IMG/VR virus record: IMGVR_UViG_2695420539_000017
Origin: a virus
Taxonomy: Duplodnaviria; Heunggongvirae; Uroviricota; Caudoviricetes
Length of the DNA stretch: 14,342 nucleotides
Reading direction: 5' to 3' (one strand)
The position numbers and the translations under genes were made by a program. The notes under the pieces were generated by a model that saw only the letters and a program-made list of their open reading frames with translations, did no database searches and was not told where the DNA came from. Positions within the stretch are counted from its first letter, which is position 1. Each line of letters starts with the position of its first letter. Shown here one piece after another: positions 1 through 8,911 of the stretch.

Positions 1-185
1 TGCCAGCATCCTTTTTGTATCGGACGTAAACGGGCCAGCATTGAAAGAATGCATATTTTATTTAATAACTCCCGTTCGTGTTTTCTCTTGTTAATGGCAT
101 CTTCAGTAAATACAGGGTTACTGATAGTGACACCAATTTCAAAACAACCTTCAGACGTATTAACGTTTGGTAATAACGTTTCCAT
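1..185 (-). CDS. dicB: Cell-division inhibitor DicB, 3'-truncated by the window edge (61 codons present)
   Basis: Minus-strand ATG at 185-183 translates to METLLPNVNTSEGCFEIGVTISNPVFTEDAINKRK..., matching the 62-aa DicB as I recall it. Lies downstream of dicF in the same orientation, as in the dicB operon. Confidence 0.85.
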   Translation of the reverse strand, partial: METLLPNVNTSEGCFEIGVTISNPVFTEDAINKRKHERELLNKICILSMLARLRPIQKGCW

Positions 186-354
186 TATCGCGTCCTCAAC
201 AATGAATTTTGTGATGCGATGCCTGGTGCCTCCAGGTGACGTTAACCAGTTAACAATTAACGCCGGATACAGAGAATCCACCCATAACACTGTTTTTGGT
301 TTTAACTGTTCCGCGTGCGCTCAGCCGCATTCACCACATCACAAAATTCACTTT

Positions 355-412
355 AAAAAGGGCGGCAGAGCAGTCACGGAGTAAAACTGATACCGCCAAA
401 CGTCACCAGAAA
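355..412 (-). ncRNA. dicF: DicF small regulatory RNA (antisense regulator of ftsZ), with 3' U-tail
   Basis: Reverse complement of 355-412 reads UUUCUGGUGACGUUUGGCGGUAUCAGUUUUACUCCGUGACUGCUCUGCCGCCCUUUUU, matching the DicF sequence from memory. Sits between ydfC and dicB as expected. Confidence 0.85.
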
Positions 413-753
413 ATTGATAACAGAGGGCGTTGCAGCGGGGTTGTCACTTAAGCGTATGGTCAACCTGACAACCCGGTGTCCTCAACGGGGGAAGGAATAA
501 CCCCGCCATACTTACCGCCGCGCCATTTCGCGGATTGCCACAACCGGAAGCGCACGGTCGACGAAAATTTAACGACAGGCTATCTATGAACCAGCTACCT
601 CGCCGTGCGCTTTCGCGTTATGGTCTGACTTTTCAGGGAAATATCCTTTCAGTAAACTGTCAATGCCGGATGCTCACCCGTGTCCGGCGCACGCACTCCA
701 CCTCACCCGTGGAGAACTCCTTAATTACTAACCTTAGCTTTGTTGATTAGCTA

Positions 754-972
754 CTAACGCGGGTATGTAATCATTCTGGCAATGCTTAATGCCGCTGCTT
801 TTTCCAGATTGGTGATATCCTGCTCCAGAGCGGACAGATTTTCAGCCTGCTTAGCTCTGGCTTCATTGGCCCATTTCAGATCCTGCGCTGCATTAATTTT
901 CTGGTGCATCCACTCATAAAGTTCATCATCGGTATAGTCTGGCGCGATGATGACGGGTTCTCGTTTCTGCAT
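754..972 (-). CDS. ydfC: YdfC-like small protein of the dicB operon (72 aa)
   Basis: Complete minus-strand ORF with GAGGAA Shine-Dalgarno upstream of ATG at 972. Third gene after ydfA and ydfB, tightly packed, same order as the Qin dicB operon. Confidence 0.8.
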   Translation of the reverse strand: MQKREPVIIAPDYTDDELYEWMHQKINAAQDLKWANEARAKQAENLSALEQDITNLEKAAALSIARMITYPR

Positions 973-1001
973 ACTGATTCCTCGCGGTGCTGTTTCGCTT
1001 A

Positions 1002-1130
1002 TCAGCCGTTAGATTTTGCCGAACTGGAAAGCGCCTGTTTAAATTCGTTGAAGCTGAGAGCTTCTTCGCCTTCGGCAAGACCTTCGAAGTATTCTTCGTA
1101 AGCCTTTTCCATGATTGTGTCGAAATCCAT
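1002..1130 (-). CDS. ydfB: YdfB-like small protein (42 aa; below the ORF-track length cutoff)
   Basis: Minus-strand ATG at 1130-1128 preceded by GGTGAG; translates to MDFDTIMEKAYEEYFEGLAEGEEALSFNEFKQALSSSAKSNG and stops with TGA at 1004-1002. Start lies 1 nt after the ydfA stop. Confidence 0.7.
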   Translation of the reverse strand: MDFDTIMEKAYEEYFEGLAEGEEALSFNEFKQALSSSAKSNG

Positions 1131-1131
1131 A

Positions 1132-1287
1132 TCACTCACCTGAGTTTCTTTCCAGCCAGCGACGGGCACCATTTTCGGTTTTAAACGTTTTGCTTTTGGT
1201 ATACGTCATCGCGGTGAACGTACCGTCCTGGTTGGGAAACACGCCGTACACCAGAGATTCGTTGTTGCCAAGATCGATAGTATCCAT
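1132..1287 (-). CDS. ydfA: YdfA-like small protein (51 aa); internal start of the longer track ORF 1132..1341
   Basis: ATG at 1287-1285 has a GAGG Shine-Dalgarno 6 nt upstream; product MDTIDLGNNESLVYGVFPNQDGTFTAMTYTKSKTFKTENGARRWLERNSGE. The upstream in-frame extension has no ribosome-binding site. Confidence 0.75.
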   Translation of the reverse strand: MDTIDLGNNESLVYGVFPNQDGTFTAMTYTKSKTFKTENGARRWLERNSGE

Positions 1288-1367
1288 GCTGACCTCATTT
1301 CCCCTTAACGCTGGGGTAGCGGAACTGTTTGCTGAGAACACCGTGCGGTGTGTTGATGCAAATAAGA

Positions 1368-1419
1368 TTAGCCATGGCTAACATATAGGTCAAGTGATTT
1401 TGTATGTTATGGCTAACAT
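1368..1419. promoter_or_regulatory. Operator-like control region upstream of ydfA (dicB-operon promoter region)
   Basis: Perfect 14-bp palindrome TTAGCCATGGCTAA at 1368-1381 and a tandem repeat of TGGCTAACAT (1375-1384 and 1410-1419). Shares the half-site TTAGC/GCTAA with the sites in the dicA-dicC intergenic region. Confidence 0.5.
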
Positions 1420-1431
1420 GATTGATGTGGT

Positions 1432-1462
1432 AAAAGATAACTCATTGATGATGTTATCTTTT
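1432..1462 (-). terminator. Hairpin overlapping the dicA stop codon; possible bidirectional intrinsic terminator
   Basis: AAAAGATAAC-(11 nt)-GTTATCTTTT forms a 10-bp stem with A-run and T-run arms. The U-tract is clearer on the plus strand than on the minus strand. Confidence 0.4.
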
Positions 1463-1861
1463 ATTTGTCCGCTGACGGGCTTTTAGTAATTCTTCAAAGA
1501 GTTTATTGAAGTTTTTTACTCGAGCTCGCATTTCGGCGAGCTGGGTATCCTGTTCTGATTCTGGCAGTGCATTAAACAGCTCAAGGAGCTCTAGTTCTTT
1601 GGGGGATAAGGCAACTGGCTTCTCAACAGGTGGTGTTGGTTGCTTGTCTTCATCGCCAAATAGAATCCATGTTGGTGAGCATTGCAATACTTTGCTGAGG
1701 GCAAAAAGGTTCTTCCCTGTAGGTTCACTATCATCCCGTTCCCATTGTGATACAGACACATGGGAGATTTTCAGGGCTTTAGCAAGAGACCTTTGGGTGT
1801 GTTTGAGGTTTTTCCGACGATACCTAATGCGTTCGCCGATAGTTAAATTTTTTGTTTCCAT
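1454..1861 (-). CDS. dicA: DicA repressor (HTH, cI/C2-like), 135 aa
   Basis: Complete ORF translating to METKNLTIGERIRYRRKNLKHTQRSLAKALKISHVSVSQWERDD..., matching DicA as I recall it. Divergent from dicC. Confidence 0.9.
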   Translation of the reverse strand: METKNLTIGERIRYRRKNLKHTQRSLAKALKISHVSVSQWERDDSEPTGKNLFALSKVLQCSPTWILFGDEDKQPTPPVEKPVALSPKELELLELFNALPESEQDTQLAEMRARVKNFNKLFEELLKARQRTNKR

Positions 1862-1863
1862 AG

Positions 1864-1928
1864 TTAGCTAATGCTAAATCGTATTGACTATGTTTTTGTT
1901 AACATCTATTTTGTTAGTCATGACTAAC
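1864..1928. promoter_or_regulatory. Divergent dicA/dicC promoter-operator region
   Basis: Two inverted repeats of the form TTAGY-N4-RCTAA: TTAGCTAATGCTAA (1864-1877) and GTTAGTCATGACTAAC (1913-1928), in the 83-bp gap between the divergent repressor and cro-like genes. Confidence 0.55.
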
Positions 1929-1944
1929 AATAAAGGTGTTTTAA

Positions 1945-2175
1945 ATGCTTAAAACTGACGCTCTTTTGTATTTCGGTTCAAAAACAAAACTTGCACAAGC
2001 AGCAGGTATTCGTTTGGCTTCGCTTTATAGCTGGAAAGGGGATTTAGTTCCCGAAGGTCGCGCGATGCGTCTACAGGAGGCATCTGGCGGGGAGCTTCAG
2101 TATGATCCCAAAGTTTATGATGAATATCGTAAGACGAAGCGGGCGGGGCGGTTGAACAATGAAAATCACTCCTGA
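1945..2175 (+). CDS. dicC: DicC (Cro-like regulator), 76 aa
   Basis: ORF translating to MLKTDALLYFGSKTKLAQAAGIRLASLYSWKGDLVPEGRAMRLQEASGGELQYD...; AAAGGTG ribosome-binding site; divergent from dicA. Confidence 0.85.
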   Translation: MLKTDALLYFGSKTKLAQAAGIRLASLYSWKGDLVPEGRAMRLQEASGGELQYDPKVYDEYRKTKRAGRLNNENHS

Positions 2176-2680
2176 ACAGGCTCGTGAGGCTCTGGATGCC
2201 TGGATATGTCGACCAGGAATGACACAGGAGCAGGCGACGATATTAATCACTGAAGCATTCTGGGCTTTGAAAGAGCGCCCGAACATCGATGTTCAGCGTG
2301 TCACAGATGAAGGTGGCGCGGTTGATCAGCGAGCGCTTGGCGTTAATCGAGTGAAGATATTCGAACGCTGGAAGGCTATCGACACCAGGGATAAGCGTGA
2401 AAAGTTCACGGCGCTAGTGCCTGCGATTATGGAGGCTATCCGGATTAGTGATTTCAGGTTGTATCGTGAGATCAGTGATGGAAAAAGTATTACGTACATG
2501 ATCGCCGGGTTAAATAAAGAATATGGCGATGTGGTGGAATCCGGACTGCTTTTTGCAGATCCTGCCGTTGTAGATCGTGAAACTGACGAACTTATAGAAA
2601 AAGCAATTGCTTTCAAGCTTGCGTATCGACAGCAATACCAACAAAAAGCTGGATGGAATTATGAGTCTTCTTTTTGCTGA
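2159..2680 (+). CDS. Hypothetical phage early protein, 173 aa, in the cII/YdaT position downstream of the cro-like gene; function not established
   Basis: Complete ORF overlapping the dicC 3' end by 17 nt and the next gene's start by 20 nt, indicating operon coupling. Family assignment is a guess from position only. Confidence 0.6.
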   Translation: MKITPEQAREALDAWICRPGMTQEQATILITEAFWALKERPNIDVQRVTDEGGAVDQRALGVNRVKIFERWKAIDTRDKREKFTALVPAIMEAIRISDFRLYREISDGKSITYMIAGLNKEYGDVVESGLLFADPAVVDRETDELIEKAIAFKLAYRQQYQQKAGWNYESSFC

Positions 2681-3626
2681 ACGCCCACTGGTTATAAACA
2701 CGCAGCTGGCAATGAAAATTGGCTTAAACGAAGCCATTGTTTTGCAACAACTGCACTACTGGTTGAGAGATACCAACTCCGGCATGGAATGTGATGGTGT
2801 TCGCTGGATTTATAACACAACGGAACAATGGCTGGAACAGTTCCCATTCTGGTCAGAGTCAACGTTAAAGCGCGCGTTTGCAAGTCTGAAAACGCTGGGG
2901 CTTTTGCGTTGTGAAAAGCTCAATAAATCAAAGCGCGATATGACCAATTTCTACACGATCAACTACGGGAGCGAGCTTTTAGATGGTGGCAAATTGAGCG
3001 AATCCATCGGTTTAAAATGCGCCGCTCCATCAGGTCAAAATGACACGATGGAAGAGGTCAAAATGAAACGCTCCATTGGTTCAAAACGACTCAATGTCAT
3101 CGGGTCAAAATGGCCTGATGATCTTACAGAGAATACAACAGAGATTACTACAGAGAATAAAAAGACTTCTCGTCCGGAAGCTTCGCAACCGGACCCGCAG
3201 ACGGTTGAACAGGATTTTTTAACCCGACACCCTGACGCGGTTGTGTTCAGTGCGAAAAAACGCCAGTGGGGCAGCCAGGAAGATTTGGCGTGTGCGCAGT
3301 GGATCTGGGGGCGAATCGTGAGTCTTTACGAGCAGGCCGCCAGCGATGATGGCGAGATTTCGCGACCGAAAGAACCCAACTGGACCGCATGGGCCAACGA
3401 CGTGCGCACAATGCGGATGCTGGATGGCAGAACTCACAGACAAATTTGTGAAATGTTTGGTCGGGTGCAGCGGGATCCATTCTGGGTAAAAAATATCATG
3501 AGTCCGTCAAAGCTTCGCGAAAAATGGGATGAACTGGTTATCCGCCTGGGGCGTTCGTCTGTACAGCGTTGTGTGAATCATATTTCTGAGCCGGATACCG
3601 AAATTCCGCCGGGCTTCAGGGGGTAA
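2661..3626 (+). CDS. Lambda O-like replication initiator (start chosen at ATG 2661; track ORF begins at TTG 2607)
   Basis: Complete ORF with N-terminal HTH-like region (...LNEAIVLQQLHYWL...TLKRAFASLKTLGLL...). Contains an iteron array followed by an AT-rich tract in its central part, the arrangement of ori-lambda inside gene O. Confidence 0.7.
   Translation: MSLLFAERPLVINTQLAMKIGLNEAIVLQQLHYWLRDTNSGMECDGVRWIYNTTEQWLEQFPFWSESTLKRAFASLKTLGLLRCEKLNKSKRDMTNFYTINYGSELLDGGKLSESIGLKCAAPSGQNDTMEEVKMKRSIGSKRLNVIGSKWPDDLTENTTEITTENKKTSRPEASQPDPQTVEQDFLTRHPDAVVFSAKKRQWGSQEDLACAQWIWGRIVSLYEQAASDDGEISRPKEPNWTAWANDVRTMRMLDGRTHRQICEMFGRVQRDPFWVKNIMSPSKLREKWDELVIRLGRSSVQRCVNHISEPDTEIPPGFRG
3009..3170 (+). 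repeat. Candidate phage replication origin: five iterons plus adjacent AT-rich tract
   Basis: GGT(C/T)(T)AAAA(T/C)G repeats start at 3009, 3033, 3056, 3078 and 3103 (22-25 bp spacing), followed by AT-rich 3121-3170 (TTACAGAGAATACAACAGAGATTACTACAGAGAATAAAAAGA). Confidence 0.65.
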
Positions 3627-3666
3627 GTGTTAATTTCTGGTCATGAGGTAATTTTCAGGAGGGCTT

Positions 3667-5263
<1,597 letters not shown>

Positions 5264-5593
5264 TGGAGCACCTGTGTTGTTCTGAGGTGAGCATATCACC
5301 TCTGTTCAGGTGGCCAAATTCAGTGTGCCACTACAAAGTGATGAGATTAAAGTTTATTAGTTCAGATATTGATTGGCTCTTTTGTGGAGTAGGGTAGAGT
5401 TAGTGTGTTTGTCTGCTTGGTGCCAGCAGCGGATATGTTTAACAACAGAAAGCATTCAGCATGGTTAGTGGATTTGCAAAGTGGATTAGGATTTGAGAAA
5501 CTTTGATGAAGTTGTAAAGCTTGTTTCTATAAAAATAGAAATTTAACTAATAGTTAAACACACCTCCAGCTTCATTGAAAAGGATTATTAGCT

Positions 5594-6493
5594 ATGATTG
5601 ATCCACTTATTAGAAACTTACAGAGTGATATTGCACTACTCCAGCTTTATATCGCGCAACGCAAACAGGCAGGCTTTCATGACATGGAAAGAATAATTGA
5701 GTCATTGACCATCTTTATGTTTCGCGCGCTGAAAATGGGTGAACTGGTAAACATGAATCAGATTAAAGTTAATTTTCCCGCCATTGATTTAGCTGATAAT
5801 AAAAACATGATAGCAGTTCAAGTTACTACGAATGCAAGTCCAGCAAAAATTAAAAAAACTATCGAATCTTTTGAGAAAATAAATGAAATAGGAGAGAGTC
5901 TGAAAGATAAATACTCTACTTTATATATTTTTGGTTTTTGTAAAGCCTCAAGATACCTAACTCCAAGTTATTGTAAAATAATCGACCCCAGCTATTTCGT
6001 GAATGAACTTTGCGATAAAGCAGATGAAGATATGGTCCAGGATATGATTGACGCCATTCGACGCCATCATGATTATACATCATTACATCCATGGAGTGAT
6101 AAAGATTCACTCGAAATTATACTCAATATTATTAATCGCAATGCAATAAAACATCGGATGAGTTGCGAAGGCAGTCTGTCTGATATGCTCACTGGTTTAA
6201 AAGAAATTAATGAAGTAATTACAAAAGGAACAATTCAACGTAAGCAACGTTCAAAATCGATATCTGACTTCAAAGATCAAAGCATGGTGAAATTTATGAG
6301 AGGTGTAATGGATGATTTGTCTGTTATTCAAGCCATAGTGAACAAATCTAAAGTTAACCAAGGTGATATGGTTTATATAAGCCATGAAGATATGATTAAT
6401 ATTGATAAATTAAAAGCTAAAATAGCAAGTGATTCATCAGAGATTGCAAGGCTAAATAATATTGATATAACACTAAATGTTGTTGATTTATAA
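5594..6493 (+). CDS. Hypothetical 299-aa protein of the AT-rich island, with an RNxxxH (HEPN-like) motif; candidate toxin/abortive-infection-type effector
   Basis: Complete AT-rich ORF with AAGGA upstream of ATG 5594. Motif RNAIKH at residues 182-187 (nt 6137-6154); N-terminal motif NFPAIDLADNKNMIAVQVTT. Domain assignment not verified by search. Confidence 0.7.
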   Translation: MIDPLIRNLQSDIALLQLYIAQRKQAGFHDMERIIESLTIFMFRALKMGELVNMNQIKVNFPAIDLADNKNMIAVQVTTNASPAKIKKTIESFEKINEIGESLKDKYSTLYIFGFCKASRYLTPSYCKIIDPSYFVNELCDKADEDMVQDMIDAIRRHHDYTSLHPWSDKDSLEIILNIINRNAIKHRMSCEGSLSDMLTGLKEINEVITKGTIQRKQRSKSISDFKDQSMVKFMRGVMDDLSVIQAIVNKSKVNQGDMVYISHEDMINIDKLKAKIASDSSEIARLNNIDITLNVVDL

Positions 6494-6807
6494 TTGTCGA
6501 TTTAGCAAAACAGAGAATGCTTTGAAAGTTTCACCGAGAAATATTTATTGTGAACCTCCTTATTGTTTATCGACTTTTACTCTCCGCTCATTGCAGTACT
6601 GTCGGAGAAGGCTACTATGTACAAGAAGCAGCTAACATAAGCGAGCATCACTATTGATATTAGGAAGAGTATATAAAAACTTCATGCTGAACCTTACAAA
6701 AGTAGGTAAACCGGCAATGGCCTAAGTGGCAGGGTCATGTTGATCCGGCACTGCCGAGCTAATAATTAACAAGCAAATCACTCTTTCTAATAATTTGTTG
6801 AAATAAA

Positions 6808-7461
6808 CTAAATATGTATATGTTTACCAACAACCACATATGAACTACCTGCTTTGCTCCATGATTTTATTATTTCTAAATTATTATCTGAGCATATTTT
6901 ACTTACAGTATCCACATCTAATAAACCATAGTAGAAAGCATTGCGAGAGTTTTGGTATATATACCCATGCAAATGTTTAATACCGCTCTCGTACCTCTTG
7001 AAATAAGAACTTTTGTATTGATTGACAATCAGTGCTTCACCATCACTCTTTAATAATTCTCTAATCGCACTGAGGACTTTGTGAATTGTGGATTCACATG
7101 GAATTGCGGAAAGCACGTTTGCGCAAAGTATGAAATCATAATGATTTGTTATTTTATCTATATTTTCATAAGAAACAATATTAGCATTCTTATAGTTATT
7201 TATCACGTAATCTGGAATCGTGGTTTGTACACCTCTGATAATTTGCACTCTTTCTAGTTGTCTTCTGGAATCTAAAAATGTCACAGTTTCAAATTTATTT
7301 ACTAATTGTTCTGAATATCTAAGTTTTCCACATCCAAAATCAAGGGCATTGCCATTTTTATTAGTGCTTTCAATCTGTTTACAGAGATAGTTAGATGGCA
7401 TAGTGTGCGGTTTCGCTGCATTTTCTGAACGTATGTTTATTCCATTTATTTTGTAATTCAA
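6808..7461 (-). CDS. Class I SAM-dependent methyltransferase (small-molecule/RNA type), about 217 aa
   Basis: Motif I LDFGCGKL, acidic FLD after beta-2, and a YDFILCANVLSAIP segment; no DPPY/NPPW or PCQ/ENV DNA-methyltransferase motifs. Start set at TTG 7461 (GAGG 5 nt upstream) rather than track TTG 7467, which abuts the SD. Confidence 0.75.
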   Translation of the reverse strand: MNYKINGINIRSENAAKPHTMPSNYLCKQIESTNKNGNALDFGCGKLRYSEQLVNKFETVTFLDSRRQLERVQIIRGVQTTIPDYVINNYKNANIVSYENIDKITNHYDFILCANVLSAIPCESTIHKVLSAIRELLKSDGEALIVNQYKSSYFKRYESGIKHLHGYIYQNSRNAFYYGLLDVDTVSKICSDNNLEIIKSWSKAGSSYVVVGKHIHI

Positions 7462-7473
7462 AATCAACCTCGT

Positions 7474-8169
7474 TTAAAAAATATTGTTATTGTTAAAGAA
7501 TTCTTTTATTTTGCTATCAGGTATTTGTCTTACTTGGCTTTCTGTTCTTGGTTTAACTGATGCTATGAAAATAAGGAAGTCAAATGCGACAAGAGAAATA
7601 ATCCACAACCAAAGATTAATTAAAGAGCCAGTAACAGAGAATATATTTGTTAATTTGGCGATACTTATTATTAAAATAGTAACAAATGCGATTACTGTAT
7701 GTTCAAAGAAAACCCAAAAGTAATAAACTTTGTTCCAGAAAAGTTCAACGTAATGTTTGTCTTTTAACTCTTTAACTTCTGGGTAATACAGTTTACTCAT
7801 TACCTTGTGAGATTCATCAGTAGTTAATTTTCTCGTAACGCCTGCAATTTTTGCTAATGGTTTAATAATTAAATGACTATCCCACATCTTCCTTATTCCA
7901 ATAATTTTTGCTACATTATTATGTAGATCTAAAGCTCCACTAATTACTGACCAAAAAACTGAAGATGCAATTGGTAATATGCCAAAGGTTAATATCCATT
8001 TAATAAATTCCTCGTAGTCTTTAACGGGGGGGATATACTTGGCATTAATGCCAACCAATGGCATGTAGCCATAAATGACTAATGATAGGTAAAATATAAA
8101 TGTAGTAATAAAAGTCGCCTTATGGAGCATAGGCAACATTTCATTATAACTCTTTGGTGGTTCTAACAT
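7474..8169 (-). CDS. Integral membrane protein (about 4 predicted TM helices), 231 aa, unknown function
   Basis: Hydrophobic stretches (ATFITTFIFYLSLVIYGYMPLV, FIKWILTFGILPIASSVFWSVISGAL, VYYFWVFFEHTVIAFVTILIISIAKL, LINLWLWIISLVAFDFLIFIASV). Start set at ATG 8169 (GGAGAG upstream). Its stop at 7476-7474 lies 12 nt before the methyltransferase start. Confidence 0.7.
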   Translation of the reverse strand: MLEPPKSYNEMLPMLHKATFITTFIFYLSLVIYGYMPLVGINAKYIPPVKDYEEFIKWILTFGILPIASSVFWSVISGALDLHNNVAKIIGIRKMWDSHLIIKPLAKIAGVTRKLTTDESHKVMSKLYYPEVKELKDKHYVELFWNKVYYFWVFFEHTVIAFVTILIISIAKLTNIFSVTGSLINLWLWIISLVAFDFLIFIASVKPRTESQVRQIPDSKIKEFFNNNNIF

Positions 8170-8610
8170 TTTACTCTCCAAACACTCAAAAAAAAGCTAA
8201 TCTTCTATAATAACGAAATTCAGCTGGCACAATTAAAGATTAATTGCCACCAATTTCTTGATTTTATAATTTTATCTAAATGTTTTTGATTAATCTAGTC
8301 CTAAAAGAAACCTACTGCATAAATATTTATGCTGATGACCCACTCCCTGTTCGTTAACACATAGCAACGTTAGTAATGCATCCTAAGTGATCAATATTTT
8401 TGCTAGCTTCATCTGCTCGCTCAAAGGGAACTATAATGTTGGCTTGCGTGTGACTTGGCATGTTTAAAGAAGTGCTGGTGGTGACTGGTTGCTGTTTTCC
8501 ATTTCCACAGAACAAAATCATAGAAACTATACCCAGTAGTTGTATTGAATCACTGACGAGACAGCCTCATATTTATCAGGACTGGTGTACGTCCAATACA
8601 GGAGGTTGTG

Positions 8611-8700
8611 GTGCTGGTTCTCAAATGTGCGCTGGCTATTGCTGCTGTAATGGCAATTTATTGTCTTGCTGTTGTTCTTATGGATCACCTTTCTGATTGA
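8611..8700 (+). CDS. Candidate small hydrophobic protein (29 aa): possible type I toxin-like or small membrane peptide
   Basis: Perfect AGGAGG at 8600-8605, 5 nt before GTG 8611; product M/VLVLKCALAIAAVMAIYCLAVVLMDHLSD. Codon third positions are T-rich in this frame, unlike the overlapping Cys-rich 78-aa track ORF frame. Consensus -10 TATAAT at 8433-8438 upstream. Confidence 0.35.
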   Translation: MLVLKCALAIAAVMAIYCLAVVLMDHLSD

Positions 8701-8707
8701 TTTCATA

Positions 8708-8736
8708 TTGGCGAGGTAACGGTAGTTAAGTAGAAT
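8708..8736 (+). promoter_or_regulatory. Candidate hok promoter (-35 TTGGCG 8708-8713, 17-bp spacer, -10 TAGAAT 8731-8736)
   Basis: Placed just upstream of a 5' leader that begins GGGTGCTTGAGGCTATCTGCCTC (8743-), resembling the 5' end of plasmid hok mRNA as I recall it. Confidence 0.4.
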
Positions 8737-8911
8737 TGCTGCGGGTGCTTGAGGCTATCTGCCTCGGGCATCAACACCAAAGGCAGATAGAGAAAAGCCC
8801 CAGTTAACATTACGCGTCCGGCAAGACGCTTAACATTAATCTGAGGCCATATCTATGCTCTACACACGTAGGTTAGCCTCTTACGTGCCGAAAGGCAAGG
8901 AGAAGCAGGCT

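Noticed and set aside
49-384. Plus-strand 111-aa ORF
   Set aside because: It lies antisense to dicB and dicF, has no ribosome-binding site, and its product looks low-complexity. The minus-strand genes explain the region.
535-750. Plus-strand 71-aa ORF between dicF and ydfC
   Set aside because: It is antisense to the dicB-operon transcript (ydfC-dicF spacer) and has no start context; more likely non-coding operon RNA.
1506-1871. Plus-strand 121-aa ORF
   Set aside because: Entirely antisense to dicA, which is a confident identification.
5336-8391. 7-bp direct repeat AAGTGAT at 5336-5342 and 8385-8391, possibly flanking the AT-rich island
   Set aside because: A 7-mer match between two roughly 60-bp search windows is expected by chance about one time in five, and the left copy overlaps the IS911 target duplication. 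Not enough to call an att-like repeat.
8460-8696. Cys-rich 78-aa ORF from the track
   Set aside because: No ribosome-binding site and an implausible C/G-rich product. The overlapping frame with a perfect AGGAGG and T-rich third codon positions is the better candidate.
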